From: Chiloscyllium plagiosum | Lineage: Eukaryota | Assembly (NCBI RefSeq): GCF_004010195.1 | Contig: NW_025214825.1 | Span: 9,050 to 42,573, forward strand | Direction: 5' to 3' | Length of the DNA: 33,524 bases | Part shown: positions 22,285 to 33,524 of the stretch, one piece after another | Numbering within the stretch: position 1 is the first letter of the stretch | How the letters are laid out: every line of letters begins with the position of its first letter | Program-made: the position numbers and the translations under genes | Notes under the pieces: model-generated | What the model was told of the DNA's origin: nothing | Databases searched by the model: none | What the model saw: only the letters and a program-made list of their open reading frames with translations

Positions 22285-24540
22285 TCATAGAGTCATAAAG
22301 TCATAGAGATGTACAGCATTGACACACACTCTGCCGTCCAACCCCTCTATGATGACCGGATAACCCAACCCAACCCAGACCCACCTGTCAGCACCCGTCC
22401 CATAGCCCTCCAAACTATTCTTATTCATATACACATCCAAATGCCTTTTAAATCTTGCAATTGTACCATCCACCAACAGTTCCGCTGGAAGCTCATTCCA
22501 TACACGTATCACCCTCTGCGTAAAAAAGTTAACCGGCAGGTCTCTTTTATACCTTTCCCCTCACACGCGAAACCCTCTTCTTCTGGACTCCCCGATCCCA
22601 GGGAAAAGACTTTGCCAATTTACCCTTTCCATGCCTCTCAAAATTCTGTAAATCTCTATAAGGTCACCCCTCAGCCTCCGACACTCCAGGGAAAACGGCC
22701 CCAGCCTGTTCAGCCTCTCTCTATAGCTCGTATTTTACAACCCCGGCAACATTCTTGTAAATCGTTTCTCAACCCTTTCAAGTTTCACAATACCTTTCCG
22801 ATAGGAACGAGACAAGAATTGTGTGCAATATTCCAACAGTGCCCTAACCAATGTCTTGTAAAGCCGCAACATGACCTCCCAACTCCTGTACTCAATACTC
22901 TGACCAATAAAGGAAAGGATACAACGCCTTCTTCACTAGCCTATTGAAACCTGCGACTCCACTTTCAAGGGCAATGAAACTGCACTCCAAAGTCTTGATG
23001 TTCAGCAACACTCCCTCGGACCTTACCATTAAGCGCAATAGTCCTGCTAAGATTTGTTTTCCCAAAATGCAGCATCTCGCATTTATCTGAATTAAATTCC
23101 ATCAGTCACTTCTCAGCCCATTGTCCCATCTGGCCAAGGTCTTGTTGCAATCACAAGTAACCCACTTCGCTGTCCACTGCACCTCCAATTTTTGTGTCAT
23201 CTGCAAACTTACTAACTATACCTCTTATGCTCGCATTCAAATCATTTATGTAAATTACAAAAAGTAGAGGACACAGCTCCAATCATTATGGCACTGCACT
23301 AGTCACTGGCCTCCACTCTGAAAAAACAAACGTCCAAAACCATCCTGTGTCTTCTACGTTTCAGTCCGTTCTGTATCCAAATGGCTATTTATCCCTGTAT
23401 TCCATGAGATCTAACCTTGAGAATCAGTTTCCCATGTTGAGCGCTTTCCTGAAGTCCATATAGATCACATCTACCGCTCTGCCCTCATCAATCATCTTTT
23501 TTACTTCCTCAAAACCCTCAATCAAGTTTGTGAGACATGATTTCCCATGCACAAAGCCATGTTGAGTATCCCTAATCTGTCATTGCCTTTCCAAATACAT
23601 ATACATCCTATCCCTCAGGATTCCCTCCAACGACTTGCCCACCACCGACTTCAGGCTCATTGGTCTATAGTGCCCTGGCTTGGCCTTATCACCCTTCGTA
23701 AACAGTGGCACCACATTAGCCAACCTCCAGTCATCTGACACCTCATGTGTGACTATCAATGGTAAGAATTTCTCAGCAAGAGGCGCAGCAATCACTTCTC
23801 CAGCTTCCCACAGACCTCGAGGGTACACCTGATCAGGTCGTGGGGATTTATCCACTTTTATGCGTTTCAAGACATCCAGCACTTCCTCCTCTGTAATATG
23901 GACATTTTGCAAGATGTCACCATCCATTTCTCTATATCGATATCTTCCATATCCTTTTCGACAGTAAATACTGATGCAAAATACTCATTTAGTATCTCCC
24001 CCATTTTCTGCGGCTCCAAACAAAGGCTGCATTGCTGGTCTTTGATGGGCGCAATTCTCTCCCCAGTTACCCTTTTGTCCTTATTGTATTTGTAAAAACT
24101 CTTTGCATTCTCCTTAATTCTGTTTGCCAAAGCTATCTCATGTCCCCCTTTTGCTCACCTGATTTCCCTCTTAAATATACTCCTGTTTTCTTTATGCTCT
24201 TCTAAGGAATCACTCGATCTCTCCTGTGTATAATTTACATTTGCTTGCTTCTTTTCCTTAAACTAACCCTCGATTTATTTAGGGTTTCCTGTACGTACCA
24301 GCATTGTCTATACGTACCAGCCTTTCCTTTCACCCCAACAAGAATATACTTTCTCTGGGTTCCCGTTATTTCATTTCTGAAGGCTTCCCATTTTCCAGCC
24401 GTCACTTTACTAGCGAACATTTGCCCCCAATCAGCTTTCGAAAGTTCTTGCCTAATGCCGTCCAAATTTGCCTTTCTCCAATTTAGAACTTCAACTCTTC
24501 GATCTGGTCTATCCTTTTCCATTATTATTTTAAATCTAAT
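22285..24540 (-). mobile_element. 5'-truncated CR1 (HER1-like) LINE inserted in the env relic
   Basis: LNWRKAN, DKSPRPDQVYPR..WRLANVVPLF..YRPMSLKSVVGK, and a 3' tail of degenerate (TCTATGAC)n at about 22285-22307. Confidence 0.95.
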
Positions 24541-25330
24541 GATGCTTATAAGGGAAATGAGGCAGTCGCTCTCCAGAATATTCAAGTTCGGGAGCTCAGA
24601 CTCATAAATCATGGCTGTGTCATATGGCTGCTGAACCAAAATCTAAAACCTTCCAGCTGTTACGTTTGCAATTCTAACAGAATGAGCATGGCAAGTTGTT
24701 CGTGCCTCTACGTGTGTCCCACACCCAGGGGAAATACAACTGAGCATTTAATAATTACCCAAAGTTGCCCAAACATTGCCCAAATTCATTAAAGTTTGGG
24801 CATGCTGAAGTAAGCAACTGGAATTACTGCAGATTTGTAAAGCCAATTAAAAATATTACTGGACACTCTAACGGATCGGGGAATCTCGGAGCATGCTGCG
24901 AACCTTCGAGTGTGTCTGTGTCTAGGGCTTATAAAATGGGGTTTCACCTGTCATAACCCTGGATCCACCAAATTTTTAAAAGCTAACTTTGAAAAGTCTA
25001 AAATGCTCTCAGCATTACTTTCGGTCCGGAAACTAGGATCCCGTTCAGTAATCACGCCAATATCTTGTGGCCGATTAGCGAGAATTGTATCAGCATTTCT
25101 AGTAGCATTTTGTCCACGGACTGCTTTCCTTTTTATTTTTGAACGGGACAAAAGAACAAACGGCCTCTATATTTCATCTCTCAAAGATTATCGGCCGGTG
25201 ACCTGGAAGGACCTGGATATCTATTACCTTAATTGGAGCATATTTACCACGACGTTTCTGTGTTTTCCTCCAGACACAAGTAGACCTTGATCAGCGGGAT
25301 TAGTTTCATTTGTCCCTGCCGGCAGACATT
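24541..25330 (-). pseudogene. env: Foamy-virus-like envelope, SU/TM junction and TM ectodomain (part 1), internally deleted
   Basis: In order: basic KIKRK; NAESILDFSKLAFKNL (24969-25016, cf. recalled PFV AVQTLSQISDINDENL); MLRD..LLQHAQTLMN (cf. LLRD..AVQHLHTHLN); PGCG..C..SVRIANVTAGRF*IL (cf. QPCG..C..FVQVNPLKNGSYLVL); YESELPNLNI (cf. FEPRLPNLQL). Confidence 0.7.
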
Positions 25331-26559
25331 CTCCTGCATTTAGAATTCAGCAATTCCATTATCCTGGAATGGAAGAAAAGGACAACAGGAAGCAAAGGAC
25401 AAACACCAAAACAAACAAGCCAAAGCCGAACACACAAACAAGACAAAACAGCAAAGCATGACAAGAAAAAACAGATACAACAAAGAAACAGGTTCAGACA
25501 ACAAATATCGGGATCCCTGCCAACAACACAAGGCAAAGTGTGGCGCGGTCTCCTTCAACCCAAGATTGCTTCAGCGATTCAGAACAACCCTTACTTAATT
25601 GGGAACCCAGCTCCCTACTCATGCCAGTTGGCTCAAAGGACAAAATGCTGGAGGAATTTTATGAAACCCTCCAAAAGCAACCGCTCTTGCGCACAGGCTG
25701 TAGCCCGAAGCTCACTGAATGTAAGAGGAAAAAGAAAATAATTCTGCGGGATCAAAACAAAATGAAAAAAGAGCCTCTGGTGCCACAGCCAAAGGGAAAC
25801 ACTCTGGCCGGCAACGTCGGGAAACGCCGCCAGCGGTGAATTAAACTCTCCTGTGTTGTGGCGAGAAAATAGTATTTAAAACAACGCAGGACCCCGTACA
25901 TCAAATGAGGAACCGCGTACGCCTTATAAACCCAAACCCAACCTCTTATTAGTGAAATACAAACGCAGAACATCGTCAGTTCAGGGACAAAACGTCGTTT
26001 ACCTTCTTCAATCAAAACACAATCCCGTAATAGTAAAGAAAACACAGAGCAAGGTTTCGTAAGGGAGGAAACTGCGTCTCACTTCTCAACTCAAAACTCA
26101 ACCCGATTGTTTTAGGGAAGAATTCTCGTCTCCCTTTTCAAGTAAAAACAAAATCGCCGACTCAGAGAGGTTGCAAATAAAAAGAAAAAAATAAAAGTTT
26201 CAGGTCCAAAAGTCTCGTGTAATAGTAGTCCTGCAGATGTCTTCAACTTTAAGAACTGGGATAAAATTATGCTGTGGGTGACTCGCTTGTCGCGGTCCAA
26301 TTTCACGGAACAATAGCCTGCGCCACACAAATCTTGAGGTATTGACTGCCGTGTGCTCAAGGGGAGAGACAAGTCGATCTTATTGTCAAAAGTCACTCCG
26401 ACGAGATGGAGAGAGCTGAGTGGTTGTGTCGGTTACAATCATTTAACAATTAGCAAACGTTCATTGCCCGACAATGAGCAAGAGGGCACTCAGCCCAGTC
26501 ACGAGCCCCAGTCACATATCGTCTGGACAGTGCTGCTTAATAATCGATCAGCAAGAGTT

Positions 26560-26745
26560 AGTATGGGAATAAATGCCTGAAAGAGAAGAAAATTCCCTTG
26601 TGGAACGAGTGCACTATCAGGTGCGACGACATCTGCTGACCATGCATCCATCTCACTGAGCCTGGGAAAGTACAAGCTTGACGAAGCAGACACTGATACA
26701 AACGTTAAAATACTTTCCAGGTTTTGAATATATGAAAAGATGTTT
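26560..26745 (+). pseudogene. Probable TRIM pseudogene, RING remnant (part 1)
   Basis: V-TIRCDDIC*PCI-ISLS-WE resembles VxxxCGHNFCRxCIxxxWE, and F*IYEKMFE resembles CPICxxxF. Needs frameshifts; weak on its own. Confidence 0.35.
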
Positions 26746-26869
26746 GAACATAGAACATAGAACATAGAAAAATACAGCGCAGTACAGGCCCATTGGCCCA
26801 CGATGTTGCACCGATCCAAGCTCACCAAACCTACACTAGCCCACTATCCTCCATATGCCTATCCAATGC

Positions 26870-29590
26870 CCGTTTAAATGCTCATAAAGAAGGAGAGTCC
26901 ACCACTGCTACTGGCAGGGCATTCCATGAACTCACGACTCTCTGAGTAAAGAATCTACCCCGAACATTTGTCCTCTACCTACCACCCCTTAATTTAAAGC
27001 TACGCCCCCTCGTAATAGCTGACTCCATGCGTGGATAAAGGTTCTCATGGTCGACTCTATCTAAACCCTTAATCATCCTATACACCTCTATCAAGTCACC
27101 CCTAAGCCTTCTTTTCTCCAATGAAAACAGCCCCACGTGCCTCAGCCTTTCCTCATACGATCTTCCTACCATACCAGGCAACATCCTGGTAAACCTCCTC
27201 TGCACCCGTTCCAGTGCCTCCTCATCCTTCCTATAGTATGGCGACCAAAACTGCACACAATACCCCAGTTGCGGCCGCACCAGAGTCTTATACAACTGCA
27301 ACATGACCTCAGGACTCCGGAACTCAATTCCTCTAACAAGAAAAGCCAGTACGCCATATGCCTTCTTCACGCACTATTTCCTGGGTGGCAACTTTCAGAA
27401 ATCTGTGTACATGGATACCAAGATCCCTCTGGTCATCCACACTACCAAGTATCCTACCATTAGCCCAGTACCTCATCTTCTTGTTACTCTGACTTCAGAC
27501 TTACCTACATTGAACTCCATTTGCCACCTTTCTGCCCAGCTCTGCAGCTTATCTATATCCCGCTGTAACCTACCACATCCTTCCTCACTGTCAACAACTC
27601 CACAGACTTTCGCATCATCCACAAACTTGCTCACCCAACCTTCTCGCCCCTCCTACAGGTCATTTATATAAATGACAAACAGCAATGGTCCCAAAACAGG
27701 TCTTTGCGGAACATCCTTAGTAACTGCACTCCAAGATGAACCTTTACCATCAACTATTACCCTCTGTCTTCTTCCAGCCAGCAAATTCCTAATCCAAACC
27801 TCCAACTCACCCTCAATGCCATACCTTCGTATTTTCTGCAGTAGCCTACCATGGGGAACCTTATCAAATACCTTCCTAAAATCCATATACACCACATTTA
27901 CGGCTTTACCCTCGTCCACCTCCTTAGTAACCATCTCACAGAATGCAATAAGGTTTGTGAGGCACGACCTGCCCTTCACAAAACCATGCTGACTATCCTT
28001 GATCACATTATTCCTATCCAGATGTTCATAAATCCTATCCCTTACAATTCTCTCTAAGAGTTTGCCACAACAGAAATGAGACTCACCGGCCTACAGTTCC
28101 AAGGGTTATCCCTACTCCCCTTCTTGAACAAGGGAACCACATTTGCTATCCTCCAGTCTTCGGGCACTAATCCTGAAGACAACGAGGATATAAAAATCAA
28201 GGCCAATGGCTCTGCAACCTCCTCCCTTGCTTCCCAGAGAATCCTAGGATAAATGCCATCAGGTCCAGGGGACTAATCTATTTTCACCCTTTCCAGAATT
28301 TCCAACGCCTCTTCCCGACATACCTCAAAGCCATCCATTCTAATTAATTGTGACTCAGTATTCACATCGGCAACAATGTTCTGTTCCTGAGTGAATACTG
28401 ACGAAAAGTATTCATTCAATGTCTCCCCAATCTCTTCAGCCTCCACACGCACCTTCCCACAACTATCCTTGACTGGACCTATTCCTACCCTAGTCATTTT
28501 TTATATTCCTGACATCCATATAGAAAGCCTTAGGGTTTTCCCTAATCCTACCAACTAAGGACTTTTCATGTCCCCTCCTTTCTGCTCTTATCTCTCTCTT
28601 CAGATCCTTCCTGGCTACCTTATAACTAACAATCACCCCAATTGAACCTTCACGCCTCATCTTTACATAGGCTGCCCTCTTCCCATTAACAAGGGATTCC
28701 AATTCCTTATTAAACCATGACTCCCTCACACGACCCTTTCCTCTCTGCCTGACAGGTACATATTTATCAAGGACACTCAATTGTTGCTCCTTGAACAAGC
28801 TCCACATATCAATTGCGCCCTTCCCTTGAAGCCTACTTTTCCAAGCAAAGCATCCTAAGTCGTGCCTCACCGCATCATAATTTCCCTGCCCCCAGCTATT
28901 ACTCTTACCCTGCAGTGCACACTTATCCCTCTCCATCACTAGAGTAAAAGTCACCGAATTGTGGTCACTGTCCCCAAAGTGCTCACCTACCTCCAATTCT
29001 AACACCTGGCCTGGTTCGTTACCCAGAACCAAATCCAGTATGGCCTCACCTGTTGTTGGCCTGTCTACAAATTGTGTCAGGAAACCCTCCTGCACACATT
29101 GGACAAACACCGACCCATCTAACGAACTCGAGATAAAGCTTTCCCAGTCAATATCTGGAAAGTGAAAGTCCCCCATAACAACCACCCTATTACTTTCACT
29201 CTTCTCCTGAATCATCCTCGCAATCCTTTCTTCAACGTCTCTAGGACGATTAGGAGGCCTGTAGAAAACTCCTAACAGGGTGACCTCACCTTTCCTATTC
29301 CGAACCTCAGCCCAAATTATCTCAGATGGCGAGTCTTCATCCATCGTCCTTTCCACTTCTGTAATACTATCTTTGACAAGCAGTGCCACACATGCTCCTC
29401 TTTTACCCCCACCTCTGACCCGACTATAACATTTAAAGCCTGGAACACGCAACAGCCAATCCTGTCCCTGTTCTACCCATGTTTCCGTAATAGCCGCAAC
29501 ACCGATATCCCAGGTACAAACCCACGCATGTTCACCTACCTTATTTCATATACTTCTTGCATTGAAGTATGCACACTTCAAGCCATGTTC
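26870..29590 (-). pseudogene. CR1 ORF2 (APE endonuclease + RT), broken by a few frameshifts and stops
   Basis: ORF track pieces 28490-29452, 28273-28497, 27653-28006 and 26975-27370 are consecutive CR1 ORF2 segments. The EN start YFNARSI lies near 29570. Confidence 0.93.
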
Positions 29591-29699
29591 CTGTTTACAG
29601 GCACCATCATTTGAGATTGATGCCATGTTCCTAATCTCCCTACAGTCCAGGTCCTGCACCCTAAAGCTACAGTCTAGGTTCCCATGCCCCTGCAGAGTG

Positions 29700-30292
29700 C
29701 GATTAAACAACCCCGAAGAGCACTAGCAAACCTTCCCCCAAGGATACTGGTGCCCCTCAGGTTCAGGTTTAGACAATCCTCTTTATAGAGGTCCCACCTT
29801 CCCCAGAAAGAACGCTAGTTATCCAGATGCCGGAATCCCTCCCTCATGCACCATCCCTGTAACCACGCATTTAACTGTTCTCTCTCCATATTCCTCGACT
29901 CTCTATCACGTGGCACGGGTAACAAACCAGAGACAACAACTCTGTTTGTTCTAACTCTGAGCTTCCAACTTAGCTCCCTGAAAGCCTGCCTAATATCCTC
30001 AGCCGTATTCCTACCTATGTCATTGGTGCCAATGTGGACCACGACTTCGGGCTGCTCCCCCTCCCCCTTAAGGACCCCAAAAACACGATCACCCTTGCAC
30101 CTGGGAGGCATCATACCAAACGTGAGTCTCTCTCGCCCCCACAAAACCGCCTATCTGTGCCCCGAACTATCGAGTCCCCAATAACTATTGCTCTGCTCTT
30201 CTCCACCCTTCCCTTCTGAGCAACGGGGACAGGTTCCGTGCCAGATGCCTGAACCCCATTGCTTACCTCTGGTAAGTCGTCCCCCCCACAAG
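29700..30292 (-). pseudogene. CR1 ORF1 SGNH esterase domain, disrupted
   Basis: AIVIGDSIVRG, VVVHIGTNDIG and VVVSGLLPVP are the GDS/GTND blocks of CR1 ORF1 esterases. Confidence 0.9.
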
Positions 30293-30745
30293 TATGTGGC
30301 ACGGTGGGTTATGCGTGGGTTTTGACACGTCTCTCAGAGAAGGATACAGAAAATCTCTCGGAAATACCACAGGATCATGCGACATGTGCAACTAAACACG
30401 GAAAGCATGCATGTCAGTGGCATGTTAGTATCTGGAAGACTGAGTATTGATGGGTCTGATGGACCAGCTGTCCTTCATACCAGAATTTTGCAGGAAGATC
30501 TATCGATTGTGTTGCCAATCAATTTATTCTTCTCTATTCACTTTCAAAGATCATAAATGCATTCCATTGATGCAAAAAAGGAAGAAGAGGGACAATGGAG
30601 AACTACAGACAATAAAACCTTTCATCAACGAGAAGGAATTTATTATAAAGAATGTGATAGTTGATACTCAGAAAGTAAGGGCATTCGGAGCAGCACCTGA
30701 AAATAGGAAGTTTAAAATTATATCTGAATTCATTTCAAGCAAGCA
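30293..30745 (+). pseudogene. Probable TRIM pseudogene, linker/B-box/coiled-coil remnant (part 2)
   Basis: AWVLTRLSEK (post-RING helix), HACQWH, FCRK..RLCCQSI..FKDHKCIPL (B-box2-like), and a charged segment ending KIISEF (coiled-coil-like). Confidence 0.5.
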
Positions 30746-30845
30746 GGTGATGATTGCAATGTTATTTTTCTCTCTTTCCATGGATGCTATCTGACCGGCT
30801 GTGATCCCGACTATTTGTTGTTTTCAGTACAGATATCAGCATCTG
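30745..30845 (+). mobile_element. Penelope pLTR tail fragment
   Basis: ttctctctttccatggatgctatctgaccggctgtga...cagatatcagcatctg resembles the pLTR tails elsewhere in the window. Confidence 0.55.
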
Positions 30846-30849
30846 ATCC

Positions 30850-33070
30850 GACTCAAAGTAAGGACATATTGCAACACTTACACCGTGTTCATGAGACTGT
30901 ATCTGGTGACTGTGTACAGTTTTGGTGTCGTGATGCAAAGCATCATATATTGACTTTATTTGCTGTATGGAATTCTCCAGATTAATTCATCAGATGCCAA
31001 GATTGTCTGATGAGTGAACTCGGTCTTTGTTGTCAACAGTTTCAAGGAATGAGAGGTGATCGCAGTGAAACTTAGGAAAATCACATGGAGGAGATTGTCT
31101 AGCACAGGACCCGGAGAACTGTTGGCAAGCAAGCTTAGGGAGAATCCCAGTATATTCTAAGCAGACATCAAATGTAACAAAATAGCCACGGGACCTGCCG
31201 GAGAAACAAATAACAATTAATGTGGTTCCACTGGATAGGAAATATATCAGGGATGTAATAGATAACCATAGAGAAGTCCGTATCCAATCATTGCTCAGGA
31301 ATGTATTGGAGAAACTACGGAAAGGAGATAAAAGATTTCCATTTCGAGGCAATATTTGAACAACAATAGTGATGATAACGTTAACGGAATTTAGCTATAT
31401 GCAACAACTTTGATTAAATTTGTTTGAGACACTCGCCTCATTAGTTCGTTCAAAACCCCAAATAGGAAACTGATTAAAAAAAGCAAAATATTATTATAAT
31501 ATGACCATTTTAACACATTACATTCGAAAATATTTTAGTGCAGGAGACAGTGGGTCGTATTTGAAGCCATTTTTCAGCAGGGGAACAAGGCCTCCTGGTC
31601 TGCTACAGGGATCAGCGCTGTGTTGCGCATTATGTGTGGTATTTCTGAATGATGCAGAGAGGAATATGAATGGGGAGTGGAATAAGTACATTCGCGCATT
31701 CCCTGCAAAGGGAGTTGTCACGGATATCCACACAGCCATTATGCTACAGGAATATATGGATGCAATGGTCAGACTGGCAGTTCAATGGCGGATGAAATGT
31801 AACTCCATTAAACATGAAGTTATCCACCGAGGAAGAAGGAACGAGGCGGCGAGTACTCAAAGAATGGCAGCGCATTAGCCAGCTGAAGAGGCGATTCTCC
31901 ACGGATTCCTGAAGTGAATGGACAGGCTAATGGACAAGTTAAAGAAGGTGTAAGGTACCGTAGGCATCGTGTTTACTCATGAAGCCATTGATTAAAAGGC
32001 CAATACAGGACATTGTTTATGACAAAATGGCATACTGGGTCTCGTTCTTCTCGTCGCATCATAGGAAGGATGTGATTGTGTTATAGACGTGATTAACCAG
32101 GATGTTCCCTGGGTTGGAGCATATCAGCTATTAAGAGAGGTTGGGTAAGACCTTGTTGTTTCCTTTGGAGCAGAGAAGTCTAAGGTAGGCGTGCTTCAGA
32201 GTTACCAATTTATAAGTGAAATGGTTATGATGGATAGACAGCAGTTGATGGTTCAAGACAAAGGGCGAGGAACAAGGGAGAACACTTTGGAAATGATTTT
32301 TTTGATGTTAAAAGAGGACTGGAAGATCTAATTTCTTTCAAATTCTATTGGAGTCTGGAATGTACTTCCTGAGAGGAGATGTCACAGGTAAGCTCACAAC
32401 TGTCAAAACGTACTTGCACGAGCACCTGAAGTGTGATAACATTCTCGGCTAAGGCCCTCATCTTTGAATGTCGGTCTAATGATGATCGTTTTGTATTTCC
32501 GTCTGGTATCTGTGATTATGGAAGGTCAATCATTGTGTAGGTTGAGTCTGGAACTGATGGATTTCTAAAGAGTGTTTGAGCATTGTGCAAAAGCGTGGAC
32601 TTTAACAGCTTCTAAACGTGTTCCAATGGCAAAGGTTGGAGACAGCAACTACACCCTTGTTACAGTCTGAAACCAATGAATTGAGATTGGAGAACAGGGA
32701 AATGGCTGAACAATGAAACAGCCACTTCCGTTCTGTCTTCGAAGAAGGAAAAATCAAAACAAAACGGTTCCCAGCAATACTGGGAAATCTACGTCTAGTG
32801 TGCAAAAATAAAACGAATTTATTGAATAAACAGTTTTGGAGAAATTATTGGAACTGAAAGTAATCAGCAGAGACAAAGTCAAGATAGATTGATGAAGCAG
32901 AAATTCCATTTGAAAAACCGACTTACCGATAAATTACAGAAAACCAGTTTGCAATATGTTTGAATTTTAAAAAGGATCATTGTTAATGTCTTTATCTTAT
33001 TTGCAAAGATCAAATCCTATTGGATTGGGGCTAATATAAAGAAATGTTTGAAGAATAGTTGAGTTGGCAT
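30850..33070 (+). mobile_element. Old, heavily decayed CR1 LINE pieces
   Basis: GLLQGSALCCALCVVFLND..LQEYMD..LAVQWRMKCN..KHEVIH.GRRN (RT end) and a 3' region to about 32560. A further EN-RT linker piece (ENREMAEQ*NSHFRSVF) lies near 32700. Confidence 0.8.
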
Positions 33071-33179
33071 GGAACAGTGGGTAGAATTTTCATTTTCTTG
33101 ACACATGTATTTTGCAGTGAAAATACAATAAAATAGGGCGAATGTTTTCATTTGTTAACAGGAAATCTGTCATTTTGAG

Positions 33180-33460
33180 CAGTATAAGAACAAAGAAATA
33201 GGGAGAGTTTAGACTGGCGGGAGTACATCAATCCCGCGACAAGTCATGAACATTGATGATTCCTGCACCGCCACCTTTCCAGCAACACCTCCGTCCCATC
33301 TACATTGGAGACCATTGCTGTCAAATTTGCTAATCCACGTGGGCCATCTTGTGCCACTGATCTGGTCTCTCCGACCATGCAGCAGCCATGTTCCAGCTCA
33401 GCGAGCAAACCTACAACCATAAACTCAACCTGAGGTACAAATCTTACGAAAACTCGGCAG
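33180..33460. mobile_element. Short CR1 3' tail (minus) and Penelope-type tail (plus) fragments
   Basis: ataagaacaaagaaataggg is a CR1-tail-like start, and ttccagctcagcgagcaaacctaca..ctcaacctgaggtacaaatctt resembles a shark PLE terminal repeat. Confidence 0.4.
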
Positions 33461-33524
33461 CAGCTACTGATTGTACGTCTGCTGCCGTTTTCACAAAAGC
33501 CAGTAATGACTCACTCTCCTGTGC

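Larger units (their letters stand above)
13230..26437 (-). mobile_element. Putative endogenous foamy-like retrovirus relic (leader, partial env, accessory region), fragmented by nested PLE and CR1 insertions
   Basis: Non-LINE/SINE pieces 24541-26437, 21630-22284, 14824-15975 and 13230-14674 line up on the minus strand. Env TM motifs run across the CR1 insertion. No gag or pol seen; outer boundaries are inferred. Confidence 0.6.
26746..30292 (-). mobile_element. Relatively young CR1 LINE with partial ORF1 and full-length disrupted ORF2
   Basis: (TTCTATG)n tail at about 26746-26768. ORF2: GVFYRPPN, VVMGDF, SDH, SQHGFVKGRSCLTNL, VPQRPVLGPLLFVIYINDL. ORF1 esterase lies upstream. Confidence 0.97.

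Noticed and set aside
25512..25531. tRNA-Ser-like PBS (ttgtgttgttggcagggat on the minus strand)
   Set aside because: Four mismatches plus an indel, lacks the initial TGG, and is not preceded by an LTR-terminal CA.
25310..25839. Lys/Gln-rich plus-strand ORFs (143 and 99 aa) as basic viral or nuclear proteins
   Set aside because: Explained by the A/C-rich complement of a T/G-rich non-coding tract; no recognisable motif.

Overview
Eukaryotic, repeat-saturated genomic DNA with no intact host gene. The repeat families (HE1/V-SINEs, HER1-type CR1 LINEs with an SGNH-esterase ORF1, shark-type Penelope-like elements) indicate a cartilaginous fish, most likely a shark. Main contents: a decayed Harbinger Myb/SANT-like exon, a near full-length decayed L1 (about 1.4-7.2 kb, minus), many CR1 and Penelope copies, and a probable TRIM pseudogene split by a young CR1. 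The most notable signal comes from removing nested insertions between about 13.2 and 26.4 kb. The remaining about 5 kb reads on the minus strand as a relic of an endogenous foamy-like retrovirus. Its Env TM subunit aligns in register with spumavirus Env across a CR1 insertion, and it is followed by about 2.8 kb of unrecognised accessory-gene-like sequence; no gag or pol is visible. Also notable are a 53-bp-arm palindrome made of two back-to-back Penelope hammerhead-ribozyme motifs, and two near-perfect nested inverted repeats (149 bp and 35 bp) in old, decayed DNA. All calls come from manual reading and reference motifs recalled from memory. No database search was run, and boundaries are approximate.
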